64,000 bases of DNA from Ranitomeya imitator (lineage: Eukaryota). Each line of letters starts with the position of its first letter. The first letter of the stretch is position 1. Location of the stretch: contig NC_091288.1 of the NCBI RefSeq assembly GCF_032444005.1, forward strand, positions 197,284,001 through 197,348,000, in the 5' to 3' direction. The translations under genes were made by a program, and so were the position numbers. The notes under the pieces are model-generated. The model was not told the origin of the DNA. It did not search any database and was given only the letters and a program-made list of their open reading frames with translations. Positions 12,589 to 26,000 of the stretch are shown here, piece after piece.

Positions 12589-13584
12589 TTAAATTATTAA
12601 CCATATAGTGCAGTATTAACCAGAATATATCAGGCATTCATTCTGAGATAGGATCAAAAAGGAATAAATCTGGACATTTCACCTTTCTGAAAAATAAAGA
12701 CCGAAACAATTCAGAGTTTTCATATTTTATTAAATATCCTTTATATATGCATTTCTTACAAATATTTTATACACATGAATATTTCATTAGCTTATATAAG
12801 CCTGGCAGTTTTAGATTTTTTTTTTCCCTCTCTTTGGAATGCAACAACCAAACTGAATCTAGCAAATGTAAGAAGGGAAAAAACATTCCGTATATTGTGC
12901 AGCGGTCGGCAGATCCTCTGCCACTTCTGGAAATGCTTAGAATCCGTCCTATAATAATCTCTGCCAGTGTGCTTGTCATAGCACTATAAAAAGGCACACT
13001 TCTGGTATAGAAAGTCTCTTTAAATATGGAAATACTGTAGATTATATATATATTTTTCTATTTTATATATAGTCCCTGATAACATAATATTTTGTTCTCC
13101 TTGTGCATATTTTGTTTACTTCAATATGTAATATTTATAAATCTTCCAGCCAAAAAAAAAAAATTATTTTTTTCAGAAGAGTTCTGTTTTTTTTTTTGGT
13201 TTTTTTTCTTTTAGAAAACTTGCCTGCAGGCTCAATATTTTATAAAATAAGATCTGCCCTTTACTTGCCATCCCTGGTCAGCAAACAGAAGTATTCTAAA
13301 AATTGAACAACCCCCATTAAAACATCTATTTTACGAAGAACAGCACCACTGTTGGCCTTTGGTCGTGTCTAGTATTGCAGTAGTCGCTTCACTGGGGATA
13401 AGCTGCAGTACGAGAAGCAGCCTACAGGTAAAAAAAAAAATAGTGCGATTTGTGACTAATCACTTTTGTAATTGAGTTTTGTTACATTTTCAGCAGTTTT
13501 CTCTTACATTGCAGGCTGCTCAGCTTTCTCTGCTCTCCTTAACGATTACATAGTGGATATTGCTAGTAATTTACGCTTAGTTTA

Positions 13585-13982
13585 GGCTACTTTCACACTA
13601 GCGGTTTTTTTTTTTTAATATGTCGCAATGCGTCGTTTAGGGGAAAAAAACGCATCCTGCAAAGTTGTTTGCAGGATGCGTTTTTGCCCCATAGAGTAAC
13701 ATTAGCGACGCATTGCGATGTATTGTCACACGTCGCGCGACGGTTGTGGCGGACCGCCGGGAGCAATAAAACGTTAAATGTAACTATTTTTGCTGCCGAC
13801 GGACCGCTTTTTCCGACCGCGCATGCGTGGCCGGAACTCCACCCGCACCTCACAATGGGGTAGCGGATGTGCCGGAGAAATGCATCCGCTGCACCCGTTG
13901 TGCGGCGCATCAAACGCTAGCGTCGGAATCTCGGCCCGACGCAATGCGACGGGCCGAATCCGACGCTAGTGTGAAAGTAGCC
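13585..13982. mobile_element. PIF/Harbinger-type MITE (398 bp)
   Basis: TIR GGCTACTTTCACACTAGCG, TTA TSD on both sides. Confidence 0.88.
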
Positions 13983-15521
13983 TTAGTTGTTATGATTGCA
14001 GCTTAGATTCCAGTTGAGGATGACCGTATAGGGGTTAAACCTCACAAATTAACTGATCAGGACTAAGCAGCATGTAATGCGTGAGGATACATGCAAGCTT
14101 CAAAAGACAGGGTTGACTTTTTCTTTTCTTTATGAAACCCATAATTCTAAAAAAGGCATTAGCTGGGAAGAAGCGCTGCCTCTATAACACTACTTATTAT
14201 GCTACAGTCTCTTAAAGAGACACTAACACTGATTTATTTAATACTTAGTCTTTCGTGCCCTCTCGTCAGTTTTACACTGGTAATTTTAGCATATTTATAT
14301 CCACGATACACAGAAATCAGGTTCAAGAGAAGAATTTTAAAGGATCAATCACCAGAAGGGTGTGTACACTTTTGTAACAGTTATTGCTATAATAACATAC
14401 AGCACAGATTTTGCAGTCAGTATGAAATAAATAAAAAAATACCAACATTGTGTCTAGAGCTCCTATGCAAAGCAATGTCTCCATGGTTACAGACTACAAA
14501 CAAACCTTTTGTAGTCAGATTGGTAAGGAGTGTCGTCCTGATGGGAGAGAGTAGCAGGCTCAGATTCACGTTCTTAGCAGTTTACCCATTGAGATATAGA
14601 GGTAAACTAATGTTAGATAGTTTTGATTTGCGGCTACTTAGTAATTGATCACACACACAAAGTTGCAGAAGTTTAAACACCCTTTAGATTGTGCATTTGT
14701 TCAATGAAGCTGCTTAACCTACGGAAGGACACACATCAAGCGAATACTGAAGCAGTAAAAGGCATGATGAAAATGTTGGATTTTAAGATATAACGTGGAT
14801 GTACAGGATAAAGAATAGCGTCCCATTGAAGTGAATGGGCCTGAGCTGCAGTACCACACACAAACTAGTGTCATTTTATTAAAAGACTGAAGCCATGTTT
14901 GTCAAATCCTGTATAACCCCGTTAAGGCTGGCGCTATACAGCTCCATTAAGGCCGGGGCTATACAGCCACTTTGGCACGCTCAAATTTTGGCATGTGGCC
15001 CCCTGCCCGATAATAACCCCCATTAAGATTCATTATATCGCCCTCTGCCCAGGAGTCATGGAAGATCTCATCTCCCTCCTGGTACTAATCCCATAACCAT
15101 TCCTGGTGGCCAAACAGAAATGGATTACATTTGGTCATTACCAATATTTGGTGTCCCCTCCCCATAAGGAAGGCAGCTGTGTACCAGGTAATGACCCCAA
15201 AACAACTGCTTCAACGATATAAAAATGTAGCTTAACAATGGCCATTATATATATATATATATATATATATTTATTTATTTTTTTTTTTTTTTTTTTAACA
15301 ATTTTGCACCATTTGGATATCTAATTTATTATTTTAACTATTTGTTCCCCCTGGAGGCAAGCATTGCCCTGAAAGGGGTGGTCTACTGCTAAGCCCTCAC
15401 ACTCTGCTGGGGTCTATATCTAATATGTGTGCGTGCAACATCTAATCCATAGAGTTGCCTTAGGACAGACTCATCCAGGGCTTAAAATCCCATTCATACA
15501 TGAATCACAGAGGAAATGATC

Positions 15522-15635
15522 CTAGCGAGAGAAGAAATGCCTCTCGTCTGGGGACAATGGTGGAGTCGCCAGGCTGGAAGATCCCACAAACAGACAATTC
15601 AGCTTCGGCTTCAGTTCATTCCAGACTTGGTTCAT
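15522..15635 (-). CDS. SNX8: SNX8 last coding exon
   Basis: MNQVWNELKPKLNCLFVGSSSLATPPLSPDERHFFSR*, similar to human MSKVWNDLRPKLSCLF..TPP.SP. Confidence 0.93.
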   Translation of the reverse strand: MNQVWNELKPKLNCLFVGSSSLATPPLSPDERHFFSR

Positions 15636-15894
15636 CTGCAAAGAAGCAAAAGTGAGTAATGTTCAACATATTCACTGTGCAATGTAATGTACTAGGGGAA
15701 AGCGGATTTATTTCATAACAGCGCCATCGCTGTCCACAGGCTGCATGTGGTATTGCACCCACGTCAAGGGAGCAGAGCTGCAATATCAGACACAACGTGG
15801 GCAGATGTGGAGCAGGTTCTGAAAGAAGGAAACCATGGTGTTTTTTTTTTTTGTTATTTTGATGAATATTACGGTATATTACTATAAAACGAAC

Positions 15895-16044
15895 CTCTTT
15901 GTGTCCCTGAATCTGTGAATTGACAAAAGCCCCCAGGATGTGGGAGGTGAGGGGCAGGTAGATATGGATTAGCTGGGTTTCTTGGTGCAAACAAAACAAG
16001 GAAAAGTAATTCCTTAACTCCATGACCATGATGGCGTTCTCTTG
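15895..16044 (-). CDS. SNX8: SNX8 coding exon (150 nt)
   Basis: QENAIMVMELRNYFSLFCLHQETQLIHIYLPLTSHILGAFVNSQIQGHKE; AG/GT boundaries. Confidence 0.96.
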
Positions 16045-16589
16045 CTGGAAGATAAAGAAGTATATAGTAATACAAATTATAATCGTATATAATAATAATA
16101 GTAGTATTAATAATAATATAATAGTATATATTAATACAAATTATAAGATCTCTATCAGTCACACAAATATACACATGTTTGGATGTAAAAGAAGCAACTG
16201 TAAAAAGACCCATGGAAAAAAAAATGTAACAATCATTATGCAGAAAGCTGCAATTAAAGGGAATATGTAATCAGAAATTGACCAATTGTTTAAGGATTTT
16301 ATTTTGCTATTTTTTTTTTGTTTTAATTTGCCATCTATAGAAAAATATGATGTCTGCATGTATAGACTGATAAGACTATATAGATTCCAAATCGTTTATG
16401 CAGACATTCCCTTAAAGTGAAAAAAAAAAACCAATTCCATATTCTGGCCACTAGGGGGCAGTAATGGAGTAATCAGTGCTGGGATATTTGCTCCATGTTA
16501 TTCAAATGTTACCAAGTGGATTAGTCAGCAGGGGGCGACAATGAGAAGCTCTTTCTATGTGTTACAGGGGTCGCTTTCTGGACGCTGAC

Positions 16590-16739
16590 CTCCACAATGC
16601 GCGACTCCAGCTGCTCCACGGACTCGGCCTCCTTATTCTGCACGGCGGCGCTGATCATCTGCCTCTTCATCAGACTGTACTTGTGTAAGGCCTTCTGGTG
16701 CTTGTGCAGCACGCCCTTCTCGTGCCGCTCACACAGGTC
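16590..16739 (-). CDS. SNX8: SNX8 coding exon (150 nt, BAR domain)
   Basis: DLCERHEKGVLHKHQKALHKYSLMKRQM..VEQLESRIVE. Confidence 0.96.
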
Positions 16740-16813
16740 CTGCACACATCACACGTGTTATATACCGCCACGAGGAACGCAGCAATCCTGTCCTGCACGG
16801 GGGGGTCACTAAC

Positions 16814-16882
16814 CTTGTAGGACTGAAGAAGATCCAGGAATAGATTCAACTTTTCTACCACGTCAATTTCTTCAAGTTTACC
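16814..16882 (-). CDS. SNX8: SNX8 coding exon (69 nt)
   Basis: GKLEEIDVVEKLNLFLDLLQSYK. Confidence 0.96.
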
Positions 16883-17286
16883 CTAGAAATGGAAATAAAT
16901 AAAAAAAATACTAAATAAGTCAGTTAAAGGGGTGCTCGAGATTTATGAGAACGCTCATTCATATAATAAAAAAAAAAATAATGAAAAATAGGGATTTTTG
17001 TGTGTACTCACCGTAAAATCCTTTTCTCCGAGCCACTCATTGGGGGACACAGGACCATGGGTTATGCTGCTGTCACTAGGAGGCTGACACTAAGCTGAGA
17101 CAAAAAAAAGGTTAGCTCCTCCCCTGCAGTATACACCCTCATGCTGGCTTCCAGAGACACCCAGTTCAGTGCAAAAGCAGTAGGATAATAACAACAATAT
17201 ATCAAGTAACATTAGAATATAACATGTCAAACAAACAGTCAAAGACCAAAAAAAGGTAACGAGCCGTAAGGCTACCAGGGTGGGTG

Positions 17287-17388
17287 CTGTGTCCCCCAAT
17301 GAGTGGCTCGGAGAAAAGGATTTTACGGTGAGTACACACAAAAATCCCTATTTCTCCTTCGCCTCATTGGGGGACACAGGACCATGGG
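17287..17388 (+). repeat. DIRS internal complementary region (ICR)
   Basis: Reproduces the junction of the element 3' end (..GGTGAGTACACACAAAAATCCCTA) with its 5' start (TTTCTCCTTCGCCTCATTGGGGGACAC..); TTT at 17351-17353. Confidence 0.92.
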
Positions 17389-17450
17389 ACGTCCCAAAGC
17401 AGTCCCTGGGTGGGAAACAACACAACCAAATAACTCCGTGTACCATCTGA

Positions 17451-18500
17451 CTACAAATGCGCAACGGCCGCCTGCAGGATACGCCTGCCAAGGGCCGCGT
17501 CCGCAGAGGAGTGAATGTGGACATTGTAATGCTTTGTGAAAGTATGCAGGTTGGACCACGTTGCGGCCTTGCAAACCTGCTCCGCTGTTGCCTGGTGCCG
17601 GATGGCCCAGGAAGCACCCATCGACCGAGTGGAATGAGCTCTAATCCCCGCCGGGATAGAACTGCCCCTGACCCGATAGGATTCCTGGATAGCGGATTGG
17701 ATCCATCTGGCTATCGTGGATTTAGACGCAGCCAAACCCTTTCTGTGACCCTCCGGAAGCACGAAAAGGGCGTCCGATTTTCTGAAATGAGCCGTTCTGG
17801 AAATGTACCTCCTGAGAGCCCGTACCACGTCCAGAGTATGGAGAGCCTTCTCGACCCTATGTTTGGGCTGCGGGCAAAAGGAGGGAAGAATGATGTCCTC
17901 GTTAAGGTGGAAAGATGAGACCACCTTCGGAAGAAACGCCGTGGAAGGACGTAGGACTACTTTGTCCTGATGAAAGGCAAGGAAAGGTGCCCGGCAGGAT
18001 AAGGCGGCGAGCTCTGAAACCCTTCTGATGGACGTCACCGCAACCAGGAAGGCAACCTTCCATGAGAGGACAGAGAGCGGAACGTCTTGAAGGGGTTCGA
18101 ACGGAGGTTCCTAAAGAACCCCCAAGACCAAGTTGAGATCCCAGGTCTCTAACGGCATCCTGTAGGGAGGAACCACATGGGAGACTCCCTGAATGAAGGT
18201 CTTGACCTGAAGGTTGGCGGCGATCCTACGCTGGAACAGCACGGATAACGCTGAGATCTGACCCTTGAGGGAACTCAGGGCCAAGCCGGAGTCCAGACCA
18301 GACTGAAGGAAATTCAGGATGCGCGGGATAGAGAAAGCGAGCGGAGGGTGCCCTCGTAGCCTGCACCATGAGAAGAAAGTTTTCCAGACGCGGTGGTAAA
18401 TAGGGGCGGAAGACGCCTTGCGAGCACTTAACATGGTGGGAATGACCTGCTGAGAGAAACCGGCACGAGTTAGAATCCAGGTTTCAACAGCCACGCCGTT
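17451..18500 (-). pseudogene. DIRS tyrosine recombinase core, split by a TAG at 18111-18113
   Basis: RRVSEL, HSTR, ATW and KHY catalytic R-HxxR-W-Y residues; the upstream part is in the same frame past the stop. Confidence 0.9.
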
Positions 18501-20360
18501 AAACGTAGGGCCCCTGAGCTCTGGTGGTAGATCGGACCTTGGCGAAGCAGGTCTGGGCGGTCTGGTAACCGCAAGGGAACGTCGGCTACGAGCTGAACGA
18601 GTTCCGCGTACCAAGCGCGACGAGGCCAGTCTGGGGCGACCAGAATGACCGGAACTCCCTCCGTCTTGATCTTTCGGATCACCTTCGGCAGTAAGGGAAG
18701 GGGAGGAAACACGTAAGAGCTGAAACGGATGCCATGGAGAAATCAGCGCGTCTACTCCTATGGCCTGGGGATCCCGAGAACGTGCAATGAAGCTGTGGAC
18801 CTTGGCGTTCAATCTGGACGCCATCAGATCCACGTCCGGGGTCCCCCAGCGAAGACAGATCTGATGAAATACCTCTGGGTGGAGTTCCCACTCCCCCGAG
18901 GCAAGGCCCTGGCGGCTCAGGAAGTCCGCCGCCCAGTTCTCGACTCCCGGAATGTGCACCGCAGAGATAATGGAATGGTTGGTTTCGGCCCAACGAAGGA
19001 TGAGAGAGACTTCCTGCATCGCCGCCCTGCTGCGGGTACCCCCCTGGTGGTTGATGTAAGCCACCGCCGTGACGTTGTCCGATTGGACTCGTATTGGGTG
19101 ACCCGCGAGCAGGGCGTGAAAACGACTCAGAGCCAGTCTGATAGCACGAATCTCCAGGATGTTGATGGGGAGTCTGGATTCCCGAACTGTCCAACGGCCC
19201 TGGGCAGAGTGGTGAAGAAACACCGCCCCCCAGCCGAGAAGACTGGCATCGGTGGTTACCACTAACCAGCGGATCGGGAGGAAGGACTTCCCCTGGAGAA
19301 GCGATGGGCCCAGGGTCCACCATACGAGAGATTGTCTGACCCGCGTGGACAGGGGGCAAGGGCGGTCGAGAGATGAGAGACTCCTGTCCCAGTTGTCCAG
19401 CAAAGCCTGTTGCAAGGGACGGAGATGGAGTTGAGCAAAGGGAACCGCTTCGATAGCTGCAACCATTTTTCCCAGGATCTTCATGGCGAACCGAATGGTT
19501 CGCGGACGAGGATGGCATAGCGTTCGGACTCCCTGTTGAAGCGCTTGGGCCTTGGACCGAGGAAGCAAGACCAGCCCCCTCGAAGTGTCCAGGATCATTC
19601 CCAGAAAGGAGATCCGACGGGCAGGAACGGGAGAGGACTTGTCCAAGTTGATCAACCAGCCCAGGCGCGAAAGAGAATCCAGGGTAATGTGGACGCTTGC
19701 CTCGCAGGCCTGAAAAGACGGACCCTTTATGAGGAGATCGTCTAAGTAAGGTAACACGACGACTCCTCGAGAATGAAGGATGGCCATGACAGCCGCCATG
19801 ACCTTGGTGAATACCCTGGGCGCCGTGGCAAGACCGAAGGGTAAGGCCGTGAACTGGAAGTGGTCCTCCAGAACGGCAAAGCGGAGAAACCTTTGATGAG
19901 GCGGGAAAATCGGGATGTGAAGATAGGCATCCTTGATGTCTATCGAGGCCAAGAATTCCCCTCTTTCCATCGAAGAGATGACCGATCTGAGCGATTCCAT
20001 CCTGAAGTGCCGGACTCTTACGCACTTGTTCAGAAGTTTCAGATCCAAAATGGGGCGCACTTTTCCGTCCTTCTTTGGCACGACGAAGAGGTTTGAGTAG
20101 AAACCTTTGAACCTCTCGTGTTCCGGGACCGGAATGATGACCCCGCTCTGGCGGAGAGCGTGAATGGCGCAAAGGGCGTGAGACTGAGCTCCCGAACTGG
20201 GGAGAAGAGAGGGGAAAAACCGAGTTGGAGGAGGAGAGGAGAACTATCTTGTAGCCAGACGATACCAGATCCCTGACCCATTCGTCGGAAACGACGGAGA
20301 GCCAGGCTTGCTGAAAAAGGAGTAGACGTCCGCCTACTCTGATGGTATCGACTGGCGCCG
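18470..20360 (-). pseudogene. DIRS RT / RNase H / adenine-methyltransferase-like ORF, frameshifted
   Basis: VGGRL, LPFGLATAPRVF, YLDD, TDAS, E and SDN RNase H residues, FPP motif. Frameshifts near 20246 (2-bp loss versus copy 2, GYKIEF) and near 18715. Confidence 0.92.
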
Positions 20361-20368
20361 TTCCCGAG

Positions 20369-21827
20369 TCATTGAGACGGGAATCTGGGGGGTCTGGAAC
20401 CTCGGGTTCTGGACTGCCTCGGTTTTCCGCGCCAGGAAGGATTCGGCCTGAAGGAGGGTCGAGCGTCTCTGTCTGTGCGAGCGGATCGGTCCGATCTGGG
20501 AAGACCGGTAGGATTGGACCAGGCTGGGCTGGTACGAAAAGGCCGAAAGCGAAAGTAAGGCTGGCGCTGGAAAGCCGCCTTGGGCCTCTGTTTGGGAAGG
20601 AACTTGCTCTTTCCCCCTGTGGCGTCGGAAATAAGCTGGTCAAGCTTTTCGCCGAAAAGGCGCCCGCTTTGAAAAGAGAGAGAGATCAGAGATTTTTTAG
20701 AGGAGGAATCTGCGCGCCACTCTCTGAGCCAAAGAGCCCTTCTGATAGCGATGGCGTTAGAAGCCGCCGATGCTGCGCAATTCGCCGCGTCGAGGGATGC
20801 GTACATCACATAATCACTAGCCATGGCTAACTGCTTAGCCAGGTCCGCCATCTCAGACGGGAGGTCCTGTTCATGAATGGATTTCGCTAGAGCATCCGCT
20901 CAGGAAACCATTGCCTTGGTCACCCAAGCCGCGGCGAAGGAGGGGGACAGGGAAGAGCCTGAGGCCTCATACACTGAGCGAGCTAGAGAGTCTAGCTGGC
21001 GTTCAGTGGGGCTCTTAATTGAAGCGCCGTCCGGGACTGAGAGAAGCATTTTAGAAGCCAGGCGCGAGACCGGAGGATCTACTATAGGGGGATCCGTCCA
21101 GTCTTTCACGAGATCTGCTGAGAAGGGATACTTTGATACCAGGTCCTTCTTACCCGAGAAACGCTTATCTGGACGCTCCCTGTGTCGCCTGACTATGTCC
21201 AGAAAAGCTGGGTGAGAGGCAAAAGATTTGTGGGAACGCTTAGTTCTGGTAAAAGAGACCGCGTGTTCCGGAGCGGAATTAGAGTCATCATCCACCTTAA
21301 GCGCGTGATTGACTGCTACAATGAGGGAGTCAATCGTGGCTCTGAACTCCGGAGCCTCCGGGTCCAATGATACCTCGGACTCATGTTCAGAGTCGTGAAC
21401 GCTGCGAGCCCCCAAAGAGGGTGAGCGAGAGGTGGAGCTGCCACAGTCTGAGTGGCGAGGTGAGCGCTCAGGAGAGGTAGTGCGGATCCGTTTTCTGGAT
21501 GACCGTGCCTCTTTATGGGGAGAGCGGCCCCTGCTGGCCGACGATTCCCCTGCTATGGAGGGATCTCTTAACACCTGTAACGGATTGCCCCGTTCCCCGG
21601 GATGGCGTTGGCTAAAAAATCCACGGACTATGAAAGTGAGGCGACCCACGGGGGGGACTAGGTACGCCGGAGTCGGTGGCGGTGGAGGGCTCCTGGGCAC
21701 ATGGAGCATCGCAGGCAGAGCAGAGGGGAGAACTTTGAGGCCTAGGAAGTGGGGCCTGGCAGGTGGTACACGCAGAAAAAAAGGTCGTGTGCACCTTAGA
21801 GGATTTTTTGGACCTTGACTGGGACAT
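20369..21827 (-). pseudogene. DIRS gag-like ORF1 (CxxC..CxxC plus LAP2alpha-like domain), disrupted
   Basis: CTTC/CSAC, DPPVSRL and LRREWRAD motifs; frameshifts near 21550-21660 and an in-frame TGA at 20900-20902 where copy 2 has W. Confidence 0.85.
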
Positions 21828-23220
21828 GATTCTAATGCAAAAAAATAGATCACAGGGTCTATAATGTAGGGAAGCAGAGGGCGACGCTGCAGAGGAGAGG
21901 CTGACGAGGTCTCCTTACCCTGGTCCTGTGTCCCGTTGTCCTGAGAAGGCAAACTGTGTTGCCTGAGATGAAACCGGCTGCACGTGGGCGCTGTGACACC
22001 TAGACGCTGCGGCAGAGCTGAGCTGCGGCGTGCAGTGAGGGACCAAGATGGCCGCCGAGATCAGGAGAGAGATCTCGGAGGCTGCGAGAAGCGCCAGGAC
22101 CGGGGGGCGGCGCCGCCGATGACGCGCGGGGGGGGGCGGAGCCTATCGGCAGCGTCCAGCCGCTAGGCCGAAGCCGGGGGCTAAATTTGCGGCTTCGGTC
22201 CGGTGCGCGGCCGCAAAGTGCCAAAAAAAGGGGAATGCTTCAGCCCACGATGTGCGCTACCCAGGAGGAGCCCTCCGACCGAAAAACCGGCGATCCCCCC
22301 CCATCCCCCACGAGACACTTACCCCATGGAGGTGAGAGGTGCCTTAGGATGTCAGGGACGGTGCAGAGGTTGGGAAGCCTCTATCCACCAGCCCCAGACA
22401 GGGGGGTGGAGAGGAACCGTCCACCACCTGAATCACAAAGAGCATTGGTGATGCAGTGTGGTCTGCACGGACGCCACAGAAATAGAGCCTCTGTACAGCC
22501 GAGGGTAAAACCTGGTGGACAGGGCAGATGTCCGGCAATAAAAAGCCTGGCTGGAGAGGAGGATACTGGAGGTAAAACCCAGTGCTCGTCTTTATAAAGT
22601 GGGGAGATCGGCGCCCTTTTAGGGAAAAGACCGTCGCCCAAAAAAAGGTCAGCTCAGGCAGTGGCTCCCGCGTCGCAGGAGAGGATACGGTGAGGTGAAA
22701 CTCCCGTGCTCGCCTGTTGCTGTTTCGGGGGAGATCGGACCTTGAAAGAATCCGTCGCCCCCTTCGTCCGGAATAGGAAAGTTAAAAAGGAAAAAATCGT
22801 GAGATCAAAAATCAGTGTGCCTCCTACGGACACTAAGCTTGAACTAGGTGTCTCTGGAAGCCAGCATGAGGGTGTATACTGCAGGGGAGGAGCTAACCTT
22901 TTTTTTGTCTCAGCTTAGTGTCAGCCTCCTAGTGACAGCAGCATAACCCATGGTCCTGTGTCCCCCAATGAGGCGAAGGAGAAAGTTATATCCCCACCAC
23001 CCAACAACAAACCAATACAATTAAACAGGTTCTTTGCTGGTTACAGGAGTTTATGGCTTTATCCGGGTTAAGCCACATCCAGGCTGGTAGAAGGCCGCCC
23101 CTTTAATACTCATAGTAACATAGTAACATAGTTAGTAAGGCCGAAAAAAGACATTTGTCCATCCAGTTCAGCCTATATTCCATCATAATAAATCCCCAGA
23201 TCTACGTCCTTCTACAGAAC

Positions 23221-26000
23221 CTAATTGTATGATACAATATTGTTCTGCTCCAGGAAGACATCCAGGCCTCTCTTGAACCCCTCGACTGAGTTCGCCATCA
23301 CCACCTCCTCAGGCAAGCAATTCCAGATTCTCACTGCCCTAACAGTAAAGAATCCTCTTCTATGTTGGTGGAAAAACCTTCTCTCCTCCAGACGCAAAGA
23401 ATGCCCCCTTGTGCCCGTCACCTTCCTTGGTATAAACAGATCCTCAGCGAGATATTTGTATTGTCCCCTTATATACTTATACATGGTTATTAGATCGCCC
23501 CTCAGTCGTCTTTTTTCTAGACTAAATAATCCTAATTTCGCTAATCTATCTGGGTATTGTAGTTCTCCCATCCCCTTTATTAATTTTGTTGCCCTCCTTT
23601 GTACTCTCTCTAGTTCCATTATATCCTTCCTGAGCACCGGTGCCCAAAACTGGACACAGTACTCCATGTGCGGTCTAACTAGGGATTTGTACAGAGGCAG
23701 TATAATGCTCTCATCATGTGTATCCAGACCTCTTTTAATGCACCCCCATGATCCTGTTTGCCTTGGCAGCTGCTGCCTGGCACTGGCTGCTCCAGGTAAG
23801 TTTATCATTAACTAGGATCCCCAAGTCCTTCTCCCTGTCAGATTTACCCAGTGGTTTCCCGTTCAGTGTGTAATGGTGATATTGATTCCTTCTTCCCATG
23901 TGTATAACCTTACATTTATCATCGTTAAACCTCATCTGCCACCTTTCAGCCCAAGTTTCCAACTTATCCAGATCCATCTGTAGCAGAATACTATCTTCTC
24001 TTGTATTAACTGCTTTACATAGTTTTGTATCATCTGCAAATATCGATATTTTACTGTGTAAACCTTCTACCAGATCATTAATGAATGTGTTGAAGAGAAC
24101 AGGTCCCAATACCGACCCCTGCGGTACCCCACTGGTCACAGCGACCCAGTTAGAGACTATACCATTTATAACCACCCTCTGCTTTCTATCACTAAGCCAG
24201 TTACTAACCCATTTACACACATTTTCCCCCAGACCAAGCATTCTCATTTTGTGTACCAACCTCTTGTGCGGCACGGTATCAAACGCTTTGGAAAAATCGA
24301 GATATACCACGTCCAATGACTCACCGTGGTCCAGCCTATAGCTTACCTCTTCATAAAAACTGATTAGATTGGTTTGACAGGAGCGATTTCTCATAAACCC
24401 ATGCTGATATGGAGTTAAACAGTTATTCTCATTGAGATAATCCAGAATAACATCCCTCAGAAACCCTTCAAATATTTTACCAACAATAGAGGTTAGACTT
24501 ACTGGCCTATAATTTCCAGGTTCACTTTTAGAGCCCTTTTTGAATATTGGCACCACATTTGCTATGCGCCAATCCTGCGGAACAGACCCTGTCGCTATAG
24601 AGTCCCTAAAAATAAGAAATAATGGTTTATCTATTACATTACTTAGTTCTCTTAGTACTCGTGGGTGTATGCCATCCGGACCCGGAGATTTATCTATTTT
24701 AATCTTATTTAGCCGGTTTCGCACCTCTTCTTGGGTTAGATTGGTGACCCTTAATATAGGGTTTTCATTGTTTCTTGGGATTTCACCTAGCATTTCATTT
24801 TCCACCGTGAATACCGTGGAGAAGAAGGTGTTTAATATGTTAGCTTTTTCCTCGTCATCTACAACCATTCTTTCCTCACTATTTTTTAAGGGGCCTACAT
24901 TTTCGGTTTTTATTCTTTTACTATTGATATAGTTGAAGAACAGTTTGGGATTAGTTTTACTCTCCTTAGCAATGTGCTTCTCTGTTTCCTTTTTGGCAGC
25001 TTTAATTAGTTTTTTAGATAAAGTATTTTTCTCCCTATAGTTTTTTAGAGCTTCAATGGTGCCATCCTGCTTTAGTAGTGCAAATGCTTTCTTTTTACTG
25101 TTAATTGCCTGTCTTACTTCTTTGTTTAGCCACATTGGGTTTTTCCTATTTCTAGTCCTTTTATTCCCACAAGGTATAAACCGCTTACACTGCCTATTTA
25201 GGATGTTCTTAAACATTTCCCATTTATTATCTGTATTCTTATTTCTGAGGATATTGTCCCAGTCTACCAGATTAAGGGCATCTCTAAGCTGGTCAAACTT
25301 TGCCTTCCTAAAGTTCAATGTTTTTGTGACTCCCTGACAAGTCCCCCTAGTGAAAGACAGGTGAAACTGTACAATATTGTGGTCGCTATTTCCTAGATGC
25401 CCGACCACCTGCAGATTTGTTATTCTGTCAGGTCTATTAGATAGTATTAGGTCTAAAAGTGCTGCTCCTCTGGTTGGATTCTGCACCAATTGTGAAAGAT
25501 AATTTTTCTTGGTTATTAGCAGAAACCTGTTGCCTTTATGGGTTTCACAGGTTTCTGTTTCCCAGTTAATATCCGGGTAGTTAAAGTCCTCCATAACCAG
25601 GACCTCATTATGGGTTGCAGCTTCATCTATCTGCTTTAGAAGTAGACTTTCCATGGTTTCTGTTATATTTGGGGGTTTGTAACAGACCCCAATGAGAATT
25701 TTGTTACCATTTTTCCCTCCATGAATTTCGACCCATATGGACTCGACATCCTCATTATCTTCGCTAATATCCTCCCTTAAAGTGGACTTTAGACAAGACT
25801 TTACATAGAGACAAACCCCTCCTCCTCTCCGATTTTTACGATCCTTTCTAAACAGACTGTAACCCTGTAAGTTAACTGCCCAGTCATAGCTTTCATCTAA
25901 CCATGTCTCGGTTATTCCCACTATGTCAAAGTTACCTGTAGATATTTCTGCTTCTAGTTCTTCCATCTTGTTTGTCAGGCTTCTGGCGTTTGCGAGCATG
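23221..26000 (-). pseudogene. CR1 ORF2 endonuclease-RT, single +1 frameshift at about 23745
   Basis: [30 protein letters not shown]5 run in ATGGGGGTGC breaks RIMG/CIKRG. Confidence 0.92.

Larger units (their letters stand above)
16986..22984 (-). mobile_element. Full-length DIRS1-type tyrosine-recombinase retrotransposon (about 6.0 kb), defective
   Basis: 133-bp ITRs (17036-17168 and 22840-22972, 1 mismatch), 3' extension, ICR at 17287-17388 matching the joined ends, TTT termini, and gag, RT/RNase H/MT and YR coding remnants. Confidence 0.95.

Noticed and set aside
23225-25337. Plus-strand ORFs over the CR1
   Set aside because: Antisense shadows of ORF2.
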